From positions 1 through 58,151 of the forward strand of contig JBHORO010000004.1 of NCBI GenBank assembly GCA_042566005.1: DNA of 58,151 nucleotides, written 5' to 3'. The translations under genes were made by a program, and so were the position numbers. Positions 10,339 through 20,630 of the stretch are shown in pieces (position 1 is the stretch's first letter; every line of letters begins with the position of its first letter). This stretch comes from Verrucomicrobiota bacterium. Its GTDB lineage: Bacteria; Verrucomicrobiota; Kiritimatiellia; Kiritimatiellales; JBHORO01. Under the pieces are notes generated by a model, which ran no database searches, had not been told where the DNA came from, and saw only the letters and a list, made by a program, of their open reading frames with translations.

Positions 10339-11073
10339 ATGAAGAAAATTCGACTCGATCAACTACTCGTCCAAAAAGAACTCGCTGAAAGCCTGATAAA
10401 GGCCCAGGGCCTGATTCGCGCCGGCAAGGTGCGCATCAAAAATCAACCGGTCACCAAACCCGGACACACCTACGCCGAAGATTCAGAAATAACCATCGAC
10501 GAACCCGAACGCTTCGCCAGCCGCGGCGGCGAAAAGCTACTGGGCGCAATGGAAGAATGGGGCCTGCACCTCGATGGCGCCATCTGCATGGACATCGGCT
10601 CCTCCACGGGCGGCTTCACCGACTGCATGCTTCAGCACGGCGCCGTAAAAGTATATGCCGTGGATGTCGGCAAAGGCCTGCTTCACTGGAAACTGCGCAA
10701 AGACGAGCGCGTAATCGTTATGGAAGGCGTTAACGCGCGCTACCTGACCGAAGAGGAAATTCCCGAAAAGGCTGATTTCGCCAGCATCGACACCTCTTTC
10801 ATTTCGCTGACAAAAATCCTGCCGCCGCTCAAGAACCTGATTAAGCCCGGCGGCCACATTGTTTCGCTGATCAAACCCCAGTTTGAGGCCAGACGCGAAC
10901 AGGTCGGCAAAGGCGGCGTCGTGCGCGACCCGGACGTCCACGACCAGGTAATTGAAAAAGTAAAACAATTCGGCACAAACGAACTGGGATTCAAATGGCT
11001 CGGGGTCTGCACCTCGCCCATCAAAGGTCCCGCCGGCAACATCGAGTTTCTGGCCTACTGGGAAGTACAATGA
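10339..11073 (+). CDS. tlyA: TlyA-family rRNA methyltransferase
   Basis: S4-like N-terminus, SRGGEKL, DIGSSTGGFTD, LIKPQFEA, GNIEFL. Confidence 0.93.
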   Translation: MKKIRLDQLLVQKELAESLIKAQGLIRAGKVRIKNQPVTKPGHTYAEDSEITIDEPERFASRGGEKLLGAMEEWGLHLDGAICMDIGSSTGGFTDCMLQHGAVKVYAVDVGKGLLHWKLRKDERVIVMEGVNARYLTEEEIPEKADFASIDTSFISLTKILPPLKNLIKPGGHIVSLIKPQFEARREQVGKGGVVRDPDVHDQVIEKVKQFGTNELGFKWLGVCTSPIKGPAGNIEFLAYWEVQ

Positions 11074-11933
11074 AAAACATCGGAGTCATCGCCAACACCA
11101 AGCGTCCGCACGCAGAACCCGTGCTTTCAGAAATTGCCTGCAAAGCGCGCAGGCTCGGCTTCAACGTACATGCAGACCCGGACACCGCGGCCCTGCTCAA
11201 ATGCGCCGAGCCGCTTGCACCGGAAAATTTCGCCGAAAAAATCGACGTCGCACTCGCACTCGGCGGCGATGGCACCGTACTCTTTACCGCCAAAGCACTC
11301 GCCGGTGCAGATATCCCGATTTTCGGGCTCAATCTCGGAAGCCTCGGATTCCTGACCAGCGTCGGCGATCAGGAAATTGACCACGCCCTCGAAGCGCTGG
11401 CATCCGGCAACCTGCGCGAATCTGTCCGCAGCGTCGCCGACTGCTCCATCTCGGCCAACGGCAAACCGCTGGGTGAATACCGCGCACTGAACGACATGGT
11501 CATTGCATGGGGCCGCTCATCACACATCACAACGGTCGCTCTCAGGATCAACGGAGAAGAGGTCTCGCAGTTCATGTGCGACGGCGTGATCATCTCAACT
11601 CCGACCGGCAGTACCGGCCACTCGCTCTCAGCAGGCGGCCCGATCCTGCATCCGGAAACTCCGGTGTTTGTTATCAATGTAATCTGCCCGCACACGCTCA
11701 GCAGCCGGCCGATGGTTATTCCGGACAGCAGCGAAATTGAAATCGAAGTGCTCAAAGCGCGCAAAACGCTGGTCTGCTCGGTCGACGGACAGGACATTTA
11801 CGACGAAGTCGGACCCGGCTTTACAATGAAGATCACAAAAAGCGAAAAGCCCGTCCGCTTCCTGCAACTCCCGGACCACAGCTATTTCGATGTGCTGACA
11901 AAAAAACTCCACTGGCGCGGATCGTCACTGTAA
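11070..11933 (+). CDS. nadK: NAD kinase
   Basis: LGGDGT, LGSLGFL, ALND, STPTGSTGHSLSAGGP. ATG 11070 overlaps the tlyA stop (ATGA). Confidence 0.93.
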   Translation: MKNIGVIANTKRPHAEPVLSEIACKARRLGFNVHADPDTAALLKCAEPLAPENFAEKIDVALALGGDGTVLFTAKALAGADIPIFGLNLGSLGFLTSVGDQEIDHALEALASGNLRESVRSVADCSISANGKPLGEYRALNDMVIAWGRSSHITTVALRINGEEVSQFMCDGVIISTPTGSTGHSLSAGGPILHPETPVFVINVICPHTLSSRPMVIPDSSEIEIEVLKARKTLVCSVDGQDIYDEVGPGFTMKITKSEKPVRFLQLPDHSYFDVLTKKLHWRGSSL

Positions 11934-11952
11934 TTACTGAGCGGAGCAAACC

Positions 11953-12732
11953 ATGGCCTTCCTTCAATGTTCCTATTTCTCGAAAGTCCTGCAGATCAAT
12001 TCATCCATGAATGTGATCCTGCCGGACCGCGACTACGACAACCCGCCGGCCATGCTCTACCTGCTGCATGGACTCAACGGCGACCATACAACCTGGATGC
12101 GGCGCACGTGCATTGAACGTTACGCGCACAGCCGCAATGTCGCCGTTTTCATGCCGGCGGTAAACCGAAGTTTCTACAGCACGATGGCACACGGGCCGGA
12201 TTACTGGAAATTCATCAGCGAAGAATTGCCGCAGATCATCAAGCAGCTGTTCCGGCTCGACGAAGCCGAGCATGACGCGTTCGTGCTTGGCAACAGCATG
12301 GGCGGCTACGGGGCCTTCAAATTCGGACTCAACTTTCCGGGCCGATTCAAAGCGGTCGCCAGCCTGGCTGGCTCACTGGATCTGATCAACATCGGACACG
12401 CCTTCAAAGACGACCCCGACCTGCAGGTGGAACTCGACACGGTATTCAACCGCCACATCAGCTCCCTGACCCACACCGAGAGCGACCTGGTGCATCTGCT
12501 GAAAACTTATCCGACCGATGCCGCCACGCGTTTTTATCAGTACTGCGGCACCGAAGATTATCTGTACGAATTTGACCAGCATTTTAAAAAGAAGGCCGAA
12601 GCGGCCGGATTAAACCTTACGTATCTTGAAAGTGAGGGCGACCACAGCTGGAACTGTTGGGAGCCGCGAATCGAGTCGATTCTCGACTGGTTCGACATCG
12701 AAAAAGTTAAAGAGGAGATCATCGAAGAATGA
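11953..12732 (+). CDS. Alpha/beta-hydrolase esterase (FrmB/tributyrin esterase family)
   Basis: YLLHG, GNSMGG nucleophile elbow, CGTED, GDHSW. Confidence 0.85.
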   Translation: MAFLQCSYFSKVLQINSSMNVILPDRDYDNPPAMLYLLHGLNGDHTTWMRRTCIERYAHSRNVAVFMPAVNRSFYSTMAHGPDYWKFISEELPQIIKQLFRLDEAEHDAFVLGNSMGGYGAFKFGLNFPGRFKAVASLAGSLDLINIGHAFKDDPDLQVELDTVFNRHISSLTHTESDLVHLLKTYPTDAATRFYQYCGTEDYLYEFDQHFKKKAEAAGLNLTYLESEGDHSWNCWEPRIESILDWFDIEKVKEEIIEE

Positions 12733-13004
12733 ACAACGAAGCCTTCAAAGAAGCCATCAAAGAAGTCCAGAAACAGCTCACCGACTATGCGGGCAAAGAC
12801 TCGCTCAAAAAAGCCAGCCAGGCCGTTACCGAGCTCTGGCGCCTTTGTGAGGACAACGAGTACATCGAAGGAAAACTCGGCGAATTCGACGACGTTTTCA
12901 TGCAGACGCTCGAATGCAAAAACGTCCGCAAAGAGCGTGACCTGCGCCAGGCTCTCGTCAAAATCTGCCACCAGATGGACAATGCCCTGAGCTGGGACAA
13001 ATAA
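12729..13004 (+). CDS. Hypothetical protein
   Basis: ATGA-coupled to the esterase gene, host-like codon usage. Confidence 0.65.
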   Translation: MNNEAFKEAIKEVQKQLTDYAGKDSLKKASQAVTELWRLCEDNEYIEGKLGEFDDVFMQTLECKNVRKERDLRQALVKICHQMDNALSWDK

Positions 13005-13010
13005 AGCGAA

Positions 13011-13072
13011 ACCACGAATGCACACAGATAAGTCGCTTTTAAAATGAGCGTGTATTCGTGTTCATTCGTGGT
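13011..13072. repeat. Short palindromic intergenic element (MITE-like)
   Basis: Perfect 10-bp terminal inverted repeat ACCACGAATG/CATTCGTGGT; similar CACGAA words near 21535 and 47823. Confidence 0.5.
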
Positions 13073-13111
13073 AAGAATCAAAATTCTTGATGCGCACCTG
13101 GAGAAAGTGAA

Positions 13112-13552
13112 ATGAAAATTTTGGTATTAAACGGCCCGAACCTGAATCTGCTCGGCACACGCGAGCCGGAAATATACGGCAGCGAAACCCTCGCCGACAT
13201 TGAAGCATCCGTCAAAGCGCGCGGATCAGAACTGGGTGCTGAAATTGAGTTCCGCCAGAGCAACGGCGAAAGCGAACTGGTCACATGGATCGGCGCGACG
13301 CGTGGCGAGTTCGACGGTATCATCATCAATCCGGCAGCCTACACCCACACCAGCCTGGCGCTATGCGATGCACTCAAAGCAGTAGCGGACGCGGTGCCGG
13401 CGGTTGAGATCCACCTGAGCAACACGCACAAACGCGAAGAGATCCGCCATAAAAGTCTGACCGCAGCGGCCTGCATCGGCCAGATCATGGGCTTCGGAAG
13501 CTACGGCTACCTGCTCGCGCTCGACGCACTGGTGAATGCGCTGAAGAAGTAG
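13112..13552 (+). CDS. aroQ: Type II 3-dehydroquinate dehydratase
   Basis: LNGPNLNLLGTREPEIYG, NPAAYTHTS, EIHLSN. Confidence 0.97.
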   Translation: MKILVLNGPNLNLLGTREPEIYGSETLADIEASVKARGSELGAEIEFRQSNGESELVTWIGATRGEFDGIIINPAAYTHTSLALCDALKAVADAVPAVEIHLSNTHKREEIRHKSLTAAACIGQIMGFGSYGYLLALDALVNALKK

Positions 13553-13561
13553 AACAGTGCC

Positions 13562-13582
13562 GGACACCTCGGCGAGGTGTCC
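13562..13582. repeat. REP-like palindrome
   Basis: GGACACCTC-GGC-GAGGTGTCC, same TCGGCGA centre as 2765-2789. Confidence 0.5.
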
Positions 13583-13588
13583 CGAGCA

Positions 13589-13622
13589 CAAAAAAAGGCC
13601 GGATCAAAACCCGGCCTTTTTC
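13589..13622. terminator. Bidirectional terminator between aroQ and panD
   Basis: AAAAAAGGCCGG...CCGGCCTTTTTT. Confidence 0.75.
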
Positions 13623-13640
13623 ATTAACACCAACCCTCGG

Positions 13641-13994
13641 CTATTTCTCTGTCGCCTTGTTGTCGGCATCAACATGCACAACGGTCGGCTTGTGCGTCAG
13701 CACATCCTTCTCGTCAACGTGTGCATAAGAGATGATCACCACCATGTCGCCGACATAACCGAGACGTGCGGCCGGACCATTCAGTTCAATCGTACCTGAA
13801 CCACGTTCGCCCACGATCGCATAGGTAACCAGTCGCTCACCGTTATTCAGGTTCACAATCTGCACCTGTTCGCCCGGCAGGATGTCCGCTTTTTCGAGCA
13901 GATCCTGATCGATCGAAACACTGCCTTCATAGTGCAGTTCCGTGCCCGTCAGTGTCGCACGGTGAATTTTAGATTTAAGCATTACGCGCTGCAT
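13641..13994 (-). CDS. panD: Aspartate 1-decarboxylase
   Basis: [12 protein letters not shown] cleavage site, LNGPAAR. Confidence 0.96.
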   Translation of the reverse strand: MQRVMLKSKIHRATLTGTELHYEGSVSIDQDLLEKADILPGEQVQIVNLNNGERLVTYAIVGERGSGTIELNGPAARLGYVGDMVVIISYAHVDEKDVLTHKPTVVHVDADNKATEK

Positions 13995-14068
13995 AAGTTA
14001 CAACCTCACAAATTTTTAAAGCCGCGCAATGTACATAAAAGGCACCCAACCGTCAATTCATTAACAAG

Positions 14069-14836
14069 TTAGGTTTTCTGTCGAACAGCGCAAACACCCA
14101 ACCGCGCCAGCTTACGCAAGATCTTCTCATAATGAGTGCCCTGCCAATAAATGCGGCCGCAATCGGCGCACTGGCAGAACTCGTCGTAGTAGCGTTTAGT
14201 CAACGGCTCGAGCTGATCGATCACCGCCGATTTCTCCACTCTACGAACCATTCCGTTACACAGGGTGCAGCGGTGAAAAATGCGCACCTGCCCGTACAAA
14301 TCAAACCGCTCCAGCACCTCCCGGGCCTGACGTTCGGCGTAAACCGAATGCAGCCATCGGGCATGCGTGATTGTTTTGTTGAAGAGCATCTGCCGGTCGC
14401 GCGTCAGAATGATGCGATGCTCCTCCAGTGAAAGGCGGATGATTTCCGCATCTTCATAATCATTGCGATACAGGACATCAAAACCCAGCAACCGTAACAG
14501 CCGAGCCAGCTTACCGAGATGCACATCCAGCACAAACGCCGTGCGCCGAAGCGGCTCCGGCCTCAGCTTTACAACCGATGAAATATCGAGACTCTCAAAA
14601 ACGGGATAGACCGCCACACGGTCGCTATGTTGCAACGGATATTCAAAGCTGACCGACGCCCCGTTTACGAGGATCAGATCAATTTCGGTGTGTGGTACGC
14701 CGAGCGCCTCAACGGAATCCTTAATTGCCGGATGACCGTTAAAACGATACGGAATGGTTTTCTTCCGCTGAAGCCGCGGCAGGAAATCATTCAGCTCCTC
14801 ATAAAACCGGAATTGGGCCTCATTTTCGCGCATCAC
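14069..14836 (-). CDS. Ubiquitin-like + Mut7-C RNase domain protein
   Basis: FRFYEELNDFLP, GVPHTEIDL, FVLDVHLGKLARLLRLLG, CxxC...CxxC, YWQGTHY. Confidence 0.88.
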   Translation of the reverse strand: MMRENEAQFRFYEELNDFLPRLQRKKTIPYRFNGHPAIKDSVEALGVPHTEIDLILVNGASVSFEYPLQHSDRVAVYPVFESLDISSVVKLRPEPLRRTAFVLDVHLGKLARLLRLLGFDVLYRNDYEDAEIIRLSLEEHRIILTRDRQMLFNKTITHARWLHSVYAERQAREVLERFDLYGQVRIFHRCTLCNGMVRRVEKSAVIDQLEPLTKRYYDEFCQCADCGRIYWQGTHYEKILRKLARLGVCAVRQKT

Positions 14837-14871
14837 GACTTAATCATAGCCGGATGCGCAAAAAGTTCAAT

Positions 14872-16047
14872 TCAGCAGCAGCGCGCAACAACCGCCGCGA
14901 GGATTCCGCAGCACTGGTTGTACTCCTCGATAATCACGCACTCTTCAAGGTTATGGAAATTGTGCACACCCGCGCCGAGCGTTACGCACGGAAGCCCCTT
15001 TTCATTGAAGTTGTTGGCATCCAGCCCGGCATCCATAACGCGCGGTTTCGGGTCCAGCCCGATGGACTCAATCGCCTGTGCTGCAATCTGCACGCACGGC
15101 TCATCTTCATTCAACCTGAAGGAACGGTAGTCAGATTTAGTGGTAAACGTCGCCTCGCCGCAGCGGCCCTGATCGTCCGTCACACTCGAAGCCGCCTCGG
15201 CAAAAGCCGTGCGGTACGCATCCACAATCTCCGGCAAAAACTCCGGATCATGACTGCGGCACTCGCCGAACAGATGCATTTTATCCATCACCTGATTAGA
15301 CACCTCGCCACCGTTCATGCCCCCGACATTCGACGTGCCTTTTTTATCGCCGATCATCACCTTGCCAAAATAGCCGCGCTCCGAAACCTTGGCAATCGCG
15401 CGCGCGGCAATCAGTCCGGCCGAAACGCCCTTCTCCGGATTCAAGCCGGCATGCGCCGACCGACCGGTAATATCGCATTCCCAGCGATTCGCACCCATCG
15501 CCCCGATTACAAATTCATTCGGCAATTCACCGTCGAGGTTGAAACCCATCACCGGCCGACCGAGATCCGCAAAATCAATCGCGGCCGAACCGTGAAGGCC
15601 GTTCTCCTCGCCGACTACAAACAGAAACGTAATAGGCGGATGCGGCAGGTCGTTCGTCAGAATCGTTTCAGCCAGTGTTGCCATCGCCGCGCAGGCCGCG
15701 CGGTCATCTCCGCCAAGTGCGGTCTGGCCCTCCGCCACCACTTTGCCCTCGTTGATCACCGGCACCGCCCCGCTGCAGATCGGCACGGTATCCATGTGCG
15801 CGGAAAACATAATGCGAGGCGCGTCGACTGTTCCGGGAAATTTAATGATCAGGTTGCCTGTTTCAAAATCCTCTTCTATGCGCGTATGGGCATCATCGAC
15901 CATCATCCAACTTGCATCCGCACCGAACTCAAGAAACTTTGCTTTGATCAGCTCAACGACTTTCCCTTCTTTACCGCTTGGCCCCTCGACCGCCAACAGA
16001 TCCATCAAATGCTGCAGCGCCCGTTCCTGATTCAAATGTCCATTCAT
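14872..16047 (-). CDS. M20 metallopeptidase (peptidase T-like)
   Basis: SAHMDTV, LGGDDRA, EENGL, AHAG, GLDAN, HNLEE. Confidence 0.88.
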   Translation of the reverse strand: MNGHLNQERALQHLMDLLAVEGPSGKEGKVVELIKAKFLEFGADASWMMVDDAHTRIEEDFETGNLIIKFPGTVDAPRIMFSAHMDTVPICSGAVPVINEGKVVAEGQTALGGDDRAACAAMATLAETILTNDLPHPPITFLFVVGEENGLHGSAAIDFADLGRPVMGFNLDGELPNEFVIGAMGANRWECDITGRSAHAGLNPEKGVSAGLIAARAIAKVSERGYFGKVMIGDKKGTSNVGGMNGGEVSNQVMDKMHLFGECRSHDPEFLPEIVDAYRTAFAEAASSVTDDQGRCGEATFTTKSDYRSFRLNEDEPCVQIAAQAIESIGLDPKPRVMDAGLDANNFNEKGLPCVTLGAGVHNFHNLEECVIIEEYNQCCGILAAVVARCC

Positions 16048-16145
16048 TCACGTTCTCCAAATTATTGATCGCTGATAATGCGAATTTATCGGACACGATT
16101 ACAGGATAATCAGAACAGATCACATCCTGCCCATCCCGCCACATA

Positions 16146-16970
16146 TTATTGCTGGCAATTGGAGCAGAAATGAGTCGAGCGCTGGGTGACGGTTATTTTT
16201 TCGATCGGCTGGCCACAATTTACACAAGGCTGACCGGCGCGCTGATATACTTTCAAATGAAGCTGATTGCGGCCGCGTTTGCCTTCGGAGAAACCGTAGT
16301 TGTTCAGCCCGTCACCAAGCGAAGTCCCCTGGTTTTTGATACTGTTGCGCAAAACTTTTCTAATAGAACGACAAAGCACCGCAGCCTCATCCCTCGTGAC
16401 TTCATTAGAAATGCGCTGCGGATGTACACCCGAATCAAAAAGTGCCTCATCCACATAAATATTTCCCAGCCCGGCCAAAAACGATTGATCCAACAGCAAC
16501 GGCTTAAGCATTCGTCGATGCTTCTGCAGATGCTCAAACAACCACTTGCCGGTAAACGACGAACCCAGCGGCTCCGGCCCGAGTTTAGCAAAGGCCTCCA
16601 CCTGGCAGTCGACCAGTTTCCAGCGCCCGAACTTGCGTGTATCGCGATAATGCAGCCGCTTGCCATTTTCAAAATCGATCACAATCCGGTCGTGCGGCTC
16701 GGGTGCTTCGCCGTCGGTCACACGGAAGTTGCCGGTCATCCGCAGATGCACCAGCACCGACTGAGCATTATCGATCTCCAAAATCAACCACTTGGCGCGA
16801 CGCGCAACGCGCTCGATTTTTCTAAGGATCAACGCGCGCTGAAAAGCGTCAACATCCTCCCCGTGCACCGTCCGCGCCCAGAAAACATGCACCTTAGTGA
16901 TCGGCACATTCATCACGTCCCCGTCGTTCAAATATCGGGCAATTGTCTCAACTTCCGGAAGTTCCGGCAT
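16146..16970 (-). CDS. mutM: Formamidopyrimidine-DNA glycosylase
   Basis: MPELPEVET start at 16970, HLRMTG, DTRKFG, GNIYVDE, C-terminal zinc finger. Confidence 0.96.
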   Translation of the reverse strand: MPELPEVETIARYLNDGDVMNVPITKVHVFWARTVHGEDVDAFQRALILRKIERVARRAKWLILEIDNAQSVLVHLRMTGNFRVTDGEAPEPHDRIVIDFENGKRLHYRDTRKFGRWKLVDCQVEAFAKLGPEPLGSSFTGKWLFEHLQKHRRMLKPLLLDQSFLAGLGNIYVDEALFDSGVHPQRISNEVTRDEAAVLCRSIRKVLRNSIKNQGTSLGDGLNNYGFSEGKRGRNQLHLKVYQRAGQPCVNCGQPIEKITVTQRSTHFCSNCQQ

Positions 16971-17089
16971 GATTCCCTCCAAACCATAATTACACCTCCT
17001 GCGTATCATTTGTATCTTGAAATTGCAATGCGAACTTGCCTCTGTACGGACAGCGTGTAGGCTCTAGCCTTTCACAAAAGAGGAGCGCA

Positions 17090-18355
17090 ATGAGTAAAAA
17101 TCACGTCTGGCATCCATATACCAAATTTTCAGCCACGGAGAAGCAGCCCCTGCCGATGATCACCGGCGGCGACGGCATCTACCTGATCGACGATCAGGGC
17201 AACCGCTTCATTGATGCGATTGCCTCATGGTGGTGCATCACCCTCGGGCACAATCATCCGCGCATCGTGAAAGCCATTCAGGAACAGGCGGGCAAACTGC
17301 AGCACTCCATCCTCGGCAATCTGAACCACCCGTGGGCCGATGAGCTGGCGCGACGCCTCGCTGAATCCATGCCGACCCCGGACCGGCATGTAATGTTTGC
17401 AAGCGACGGCTCCTGCGCAGTCGACGCCTCGCTGAAAATGGCGGCGCAATATTTTTACAACACCGGCATTCCCGGAAAAACCAAGTTTCTGACACTTGAA
17501 CACGACTATCACGGCGACACGATCGGAGCGGTTTCCGTGGGCTACGTCCCCGACTTCCACAAACCGTTCGGCGGCATCATCCCCAAAGAGTTCATGGCGC
17601 CCCTGCCCGACTACGAGTCCGGCGACGGCTTTGCCGCCACCCAAAAAATCATCGACGAGCACGCCGATGAAATCGCGGCGGTCATTCTCGAACCGCTCTG
17701 CCAGGGCTCGGCCGGGATGCGGATGTATTCCCCGCAATACCTGAAAGACATCGCCGCCCTGTGCAAAGAGCGCAACATTCTGCTGATCATCGACGAAATC
17801 GCGATGGGCTTCGGCCGCACCGGAGAATACTGGACCTTCAATCACGCCGGCATTGACCCGGACATCGTCTGCGTCGGAAAAGGCATTACCTCCGGCTATC
17901 TGCCGATCAGCGCCGCGGTCTGCAAAGATGAGATTTACAAAACCTTCACCGACGCAGGCCCCGAAGACCACACCTTCTACCACGGGCACACCTTCTGCGG
18001 AAACCCGATCGCCGCAGCCACGGCACTGGAAGTGATGGATATCTATGATGAGATGGATATCGCCGGGCGGGCCCGCCGACTCGGCGCACAGATGGAACAG
18101 GCCTTCAAACGTATGGTCGATCATCCAGCCGTCAAAGAGTTGCGCCACCTCGGCCTGATCGGGGTGGTCGAGCTGAACCCGTGCGAACGGACCAAAGAGC
18201 GCGCGGTTGCCATCCGCGATGACCTGCGTGACCAAGGCATCCTGATCCGCCCGCTCAGCAACATTTTCTACCTGATGCCGCCGTTCATCATCACCGAACA
18301 GGAGCTCGCAGATCTCTGCGAAGCATTCCTGAGCACGATTGAGCGGCACGCATAA
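17090..18355 (+). CDS. bioA: Adenosylmethionine-8-amino-7-oxononanoate aminotransferase
   Basis: VWHPYT, SWWC, YHGDT, DEIAMGFGRTG, HGHTFCGNP; SD AGGAG before ATG 17090. Confidence 0.92.
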   Translation: MSKNHVWHPYTKFSATEKQPLPMITGGDGIYLIDDQGNRFIDAIASWWCITLGHNHPRIVKAIQEQAGKLQHSILGNLNHPWADELARRLAESMPTPDRHVMFASDGSCAVDASLKMAAQYFYNTGIPGKTKFLTLEHDYHGDTIGAVSVGYVPDFHKPFGGIIPKEFMAPLPDYESGDGFAATQKIIDEHADEIAAVILEPLCQGSAGMRMYSPQYLKDIAALCKERNILLIIDEIAMGFGRTGEYWTFNHAGIDPDIVCVGKGITSGYLPISAAVCKDEIYKTFTDAGPEDHTFYHGHTFCGNPIAAATALEVMDIYDEMDIAGRARRLGAQMEQAFKRMVDHPAVKELRHLGLIGVVELNPCERTKERAVAIRDDLRDQGILIRPLSNIFYLMPPFIITEQELADLCEAFLSTIERHA

Positions 18356-18393
18356 TGCGGATTCGCCGCAGGTGAAAGAGGAACGTTAAAAGT

Positions 18394-18421
18394 AAAAAGC
18401 CCGCTCATCGGCGGGCTTTTT
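18394..18421. terminator. Bidirectional terminator between bioA and manC
   Basis: AAAAAGCCCGC-TCATCG-GCGGGCTTTTT. Confidence 0.8.
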
Positions 18422-18450
18422 GCTTAGAGCCTTGCGGCCTCATCCGGATT

Positions 18451-19533
18451 TTACAACAAGGCGTCGTAACCGCCGTTTTCGCGGAGCTGGACCACCATCT
18501 TCTTAATGTCCTGCGCGCGGTCCTTCGGACAGACAAGCGTCACGCCTTCAGCCTGCACCACGACCAGATCTTCGCACCCGATCAATGCCGTCAGGCGATC
18601 GCCGGAAACAACAATATTATTAGAAGAGTCCAACTGCTGACAATCGCCGATAAGCGTATTGCCGGAAGCGTCCTGCTCGAAATGACTCTCCAGTGCCGGC
18701 CAGGAACCGACGTCGTCCCACTTGAACGTGCCGCAAGCCATCACAATATTGTCGGCTTTTTCCATCAACGCGTAGTCGACGGAAATTTTGGTGACCTTCG
18801 GATAGGTTTCCGCCATGCCCTGCACAATCTCGCCCTTTTTGGCGAAGTCGGTCAGGATCTGCATCAGCTCATGCATTTCCGGGCAATGCAACGCAAATGC
18901 TTTTTCAAGCGACGCCACCGACCAGATGAACATGCCGGAGTTCCAATAAAACTTACCCGTATAAAGATACTCCTGCGCCGTCGCCTCATCCGGCTTTTCA
19001 ACAAAACGTACGGCTTTTTTAAACGCCACGTTTTCTGCAGTGGCGAAATCGTCACCGGATTCGATGTAGCCGAAACCGGTTGCCGGGAAGGTCGGCTGAA
19101 TGCCGATGGTTGCGAGCACGTCATTTTTCTCAGCCAGATCCAATCCGCCCTTCAGGGTTGCGGTGAAAATATCGAGATCTTCCATCACCTGGTCGGCCGT
19201 CAAAATGGCAAACACACCGTTTGCATCTTTGGCTTTCACCAACGCGCCGCCACAGGCAACCGCAGGAGCAGTATCACGGCCCATCGGCTCACCCACTACA
19301 TTTTCACGCGGCAGCATCGGAGCGGCGGCACAAGTAGCCTCAACCAGATCCTGGTTCGTGACCACAAACACATTTTCCGGCGGAATAAATTCAGCGATGC
19401 GGTCCACAGCCTGTGCGATCAGCGGCTTATCGCCGACCAGCGCCAGCAACTGCTTCGGGTGTTTGGATGTGCTCATCGGCCAAAAGCGTTCGCCCTTGCC
19501 GCCCGCCATAATCACTGCATAACGATTAGACAT
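18451..19533 (-). CDS. manC: Mannose-1-phosphate guanylyltransferase
   Basis: MAGGKGERFWP, PKQ, GRDTAPA, FVEKP, WNSGMF, SVDYALME, WDDVGSW. Confidence 0.92.
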   Translation of the reverse strand: MSNRYAVIMAGGKGERFWPMSTSKHPKQLLALVGDKPLIAQAVDRIAEFIPPENVFVVTNQDLVEATCAAAPMLPRENVVGEPMGRDTAPAVACGGALVKAKDANGVFAILTADQVMEDLDIFTATLKGGLDLAEKNDVLATIGIQPTFPATGFGYIESGDDFATAENVAFKKAVRFVEKPDEATAQEYLYTGKFYWNSGMFIWSVASLEKAFALHCPEMHELMQILTDFAKKGEIVQGMAETYPKVTKISVDYALMEKADNIVMACGTFKWDDVGSWPALESHFEQDASGNTLIGDCQQLDSSNNIVVSGDRLTALIGCEDLVVVQAEGVTLVCPKDRAQDIKKMVVQLRENGGYDALL

Positions 19534-19583
19534 ACCGTCTCCTGTTAAAATAAAAAAAGCGGCGTGCAGCCGCTTCCATAAAA

Positions 19584-20390
19584 TTAAACCTGTTTAACCG
19601 CATCCACCATGGATTTAACAAAAGCCGCCGCCTCTGCGCGACCCTCCGGGGTGTGCGGGTTGTTGTGAAAACGATTTACAATGGCACTGCCGACCACCAC
19701 CGCATCTGAAAATTCAGCGGCCTGTGCAGCCTGTTCCGGCGTGCCGATGCCGAACCCGAGCGCTACCGGCAAATCCGTATGCTTTTTGATGCCGGCCACC
19801 AGCGCCGGAGCACCTGCACTGATTTCTGACTGAACGCCGGTTACCCCTTCGCGGGACACGCAGTAAACAAAGCCGTCGGCCTGCTCAACAATTTTCTTAA
19901 CGCGTTTCTCCGGGGTCGTCGGTGTTACGAGCGAAATAGAGTTCAGATCATTATTCTGAAGCGCTTCACGATACGGCGCGGACTCCTCCATCGGGAGGTC
20001 CAATACGAGAAACCCGTCCACGCCCGCGGCAGCCGCATCTGCCATCGCCTTGTCAAAACCACGTGCTACGAGCGGATTCATGTATGCGTAGAAAATGATC
20101 GGAATCTCAGATTTTTCACGGATTTTGGCGACACATTCCATCACGCCGTCAAAAGTAGATCCCGCTTCCAGCGCACGCGTGGCAGCTTCCTGGTTGACTC
20201 GGCCGTCAGCCATCGGATCGGAAAACGGCAGACCCAGCTCAACCACGTCCACGCCCGCCTCTTCGAGACGCAGCACAATATCAACCGTATCCTCGAGCGA
20301 CGGATCGCCAGCGGAAAGATAGGCGATAAAACCTTTTTTGCCCTGCTCACGCAGCTCCTCGAATTTCTTAGCAACACGTGTATTATTCAT
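19584..20390 (-). CDS. trpA: Tryptophan synthase alpha chain
   Basis: AGDP, ELGLPFSDPMADG, GVTG, GFGI, VVGSA. Confidence 0.96.
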   Translation of the reverse strand: MNNTRVAKKFEELREQGKKGFIAYLSAGDPSLEDTVDIVLRLEEAGVDVVELGLPFSDPMADGRVNQEAATRALEAGSTFDGVMECVAKIREKSEIPIIFYAYMNPLVARGFDKAMADAAAAGVDGFLVLDLPMEESAPYREALQNNDLNSISLVTPTTPEKRVKKIVEQADGFVYCVSREGVTGVQSEISAGAPALVAGIKKHTDLPVALGFGIGTPEQAAQAAEFSDAVVVGSAIVNRFHNNPHTPEGRAEAAAFVKSMVDAVKQV

Positions 20391-20630
20391 GACCTGAACC
20401 CATCCTAAATTGTTAGCGAAACCTAATGTTTAAAACGTGTAATATTGCCGGGCGCCGCACCTTGAATCAAGGTTAATCACCCTCGCACAATTAGAGTTTG
20501 TGGGGAGTTTTCAGGCTCAACATCCAGTAATTCATCCATCTAAAAGCAAAAGCGCGCCACGACAAAATCGTAACGCGCTCAGCAAACCCCTAAATTTATA
20601 CCACTCTATCGCGTGGTATAAACTAAGGCA

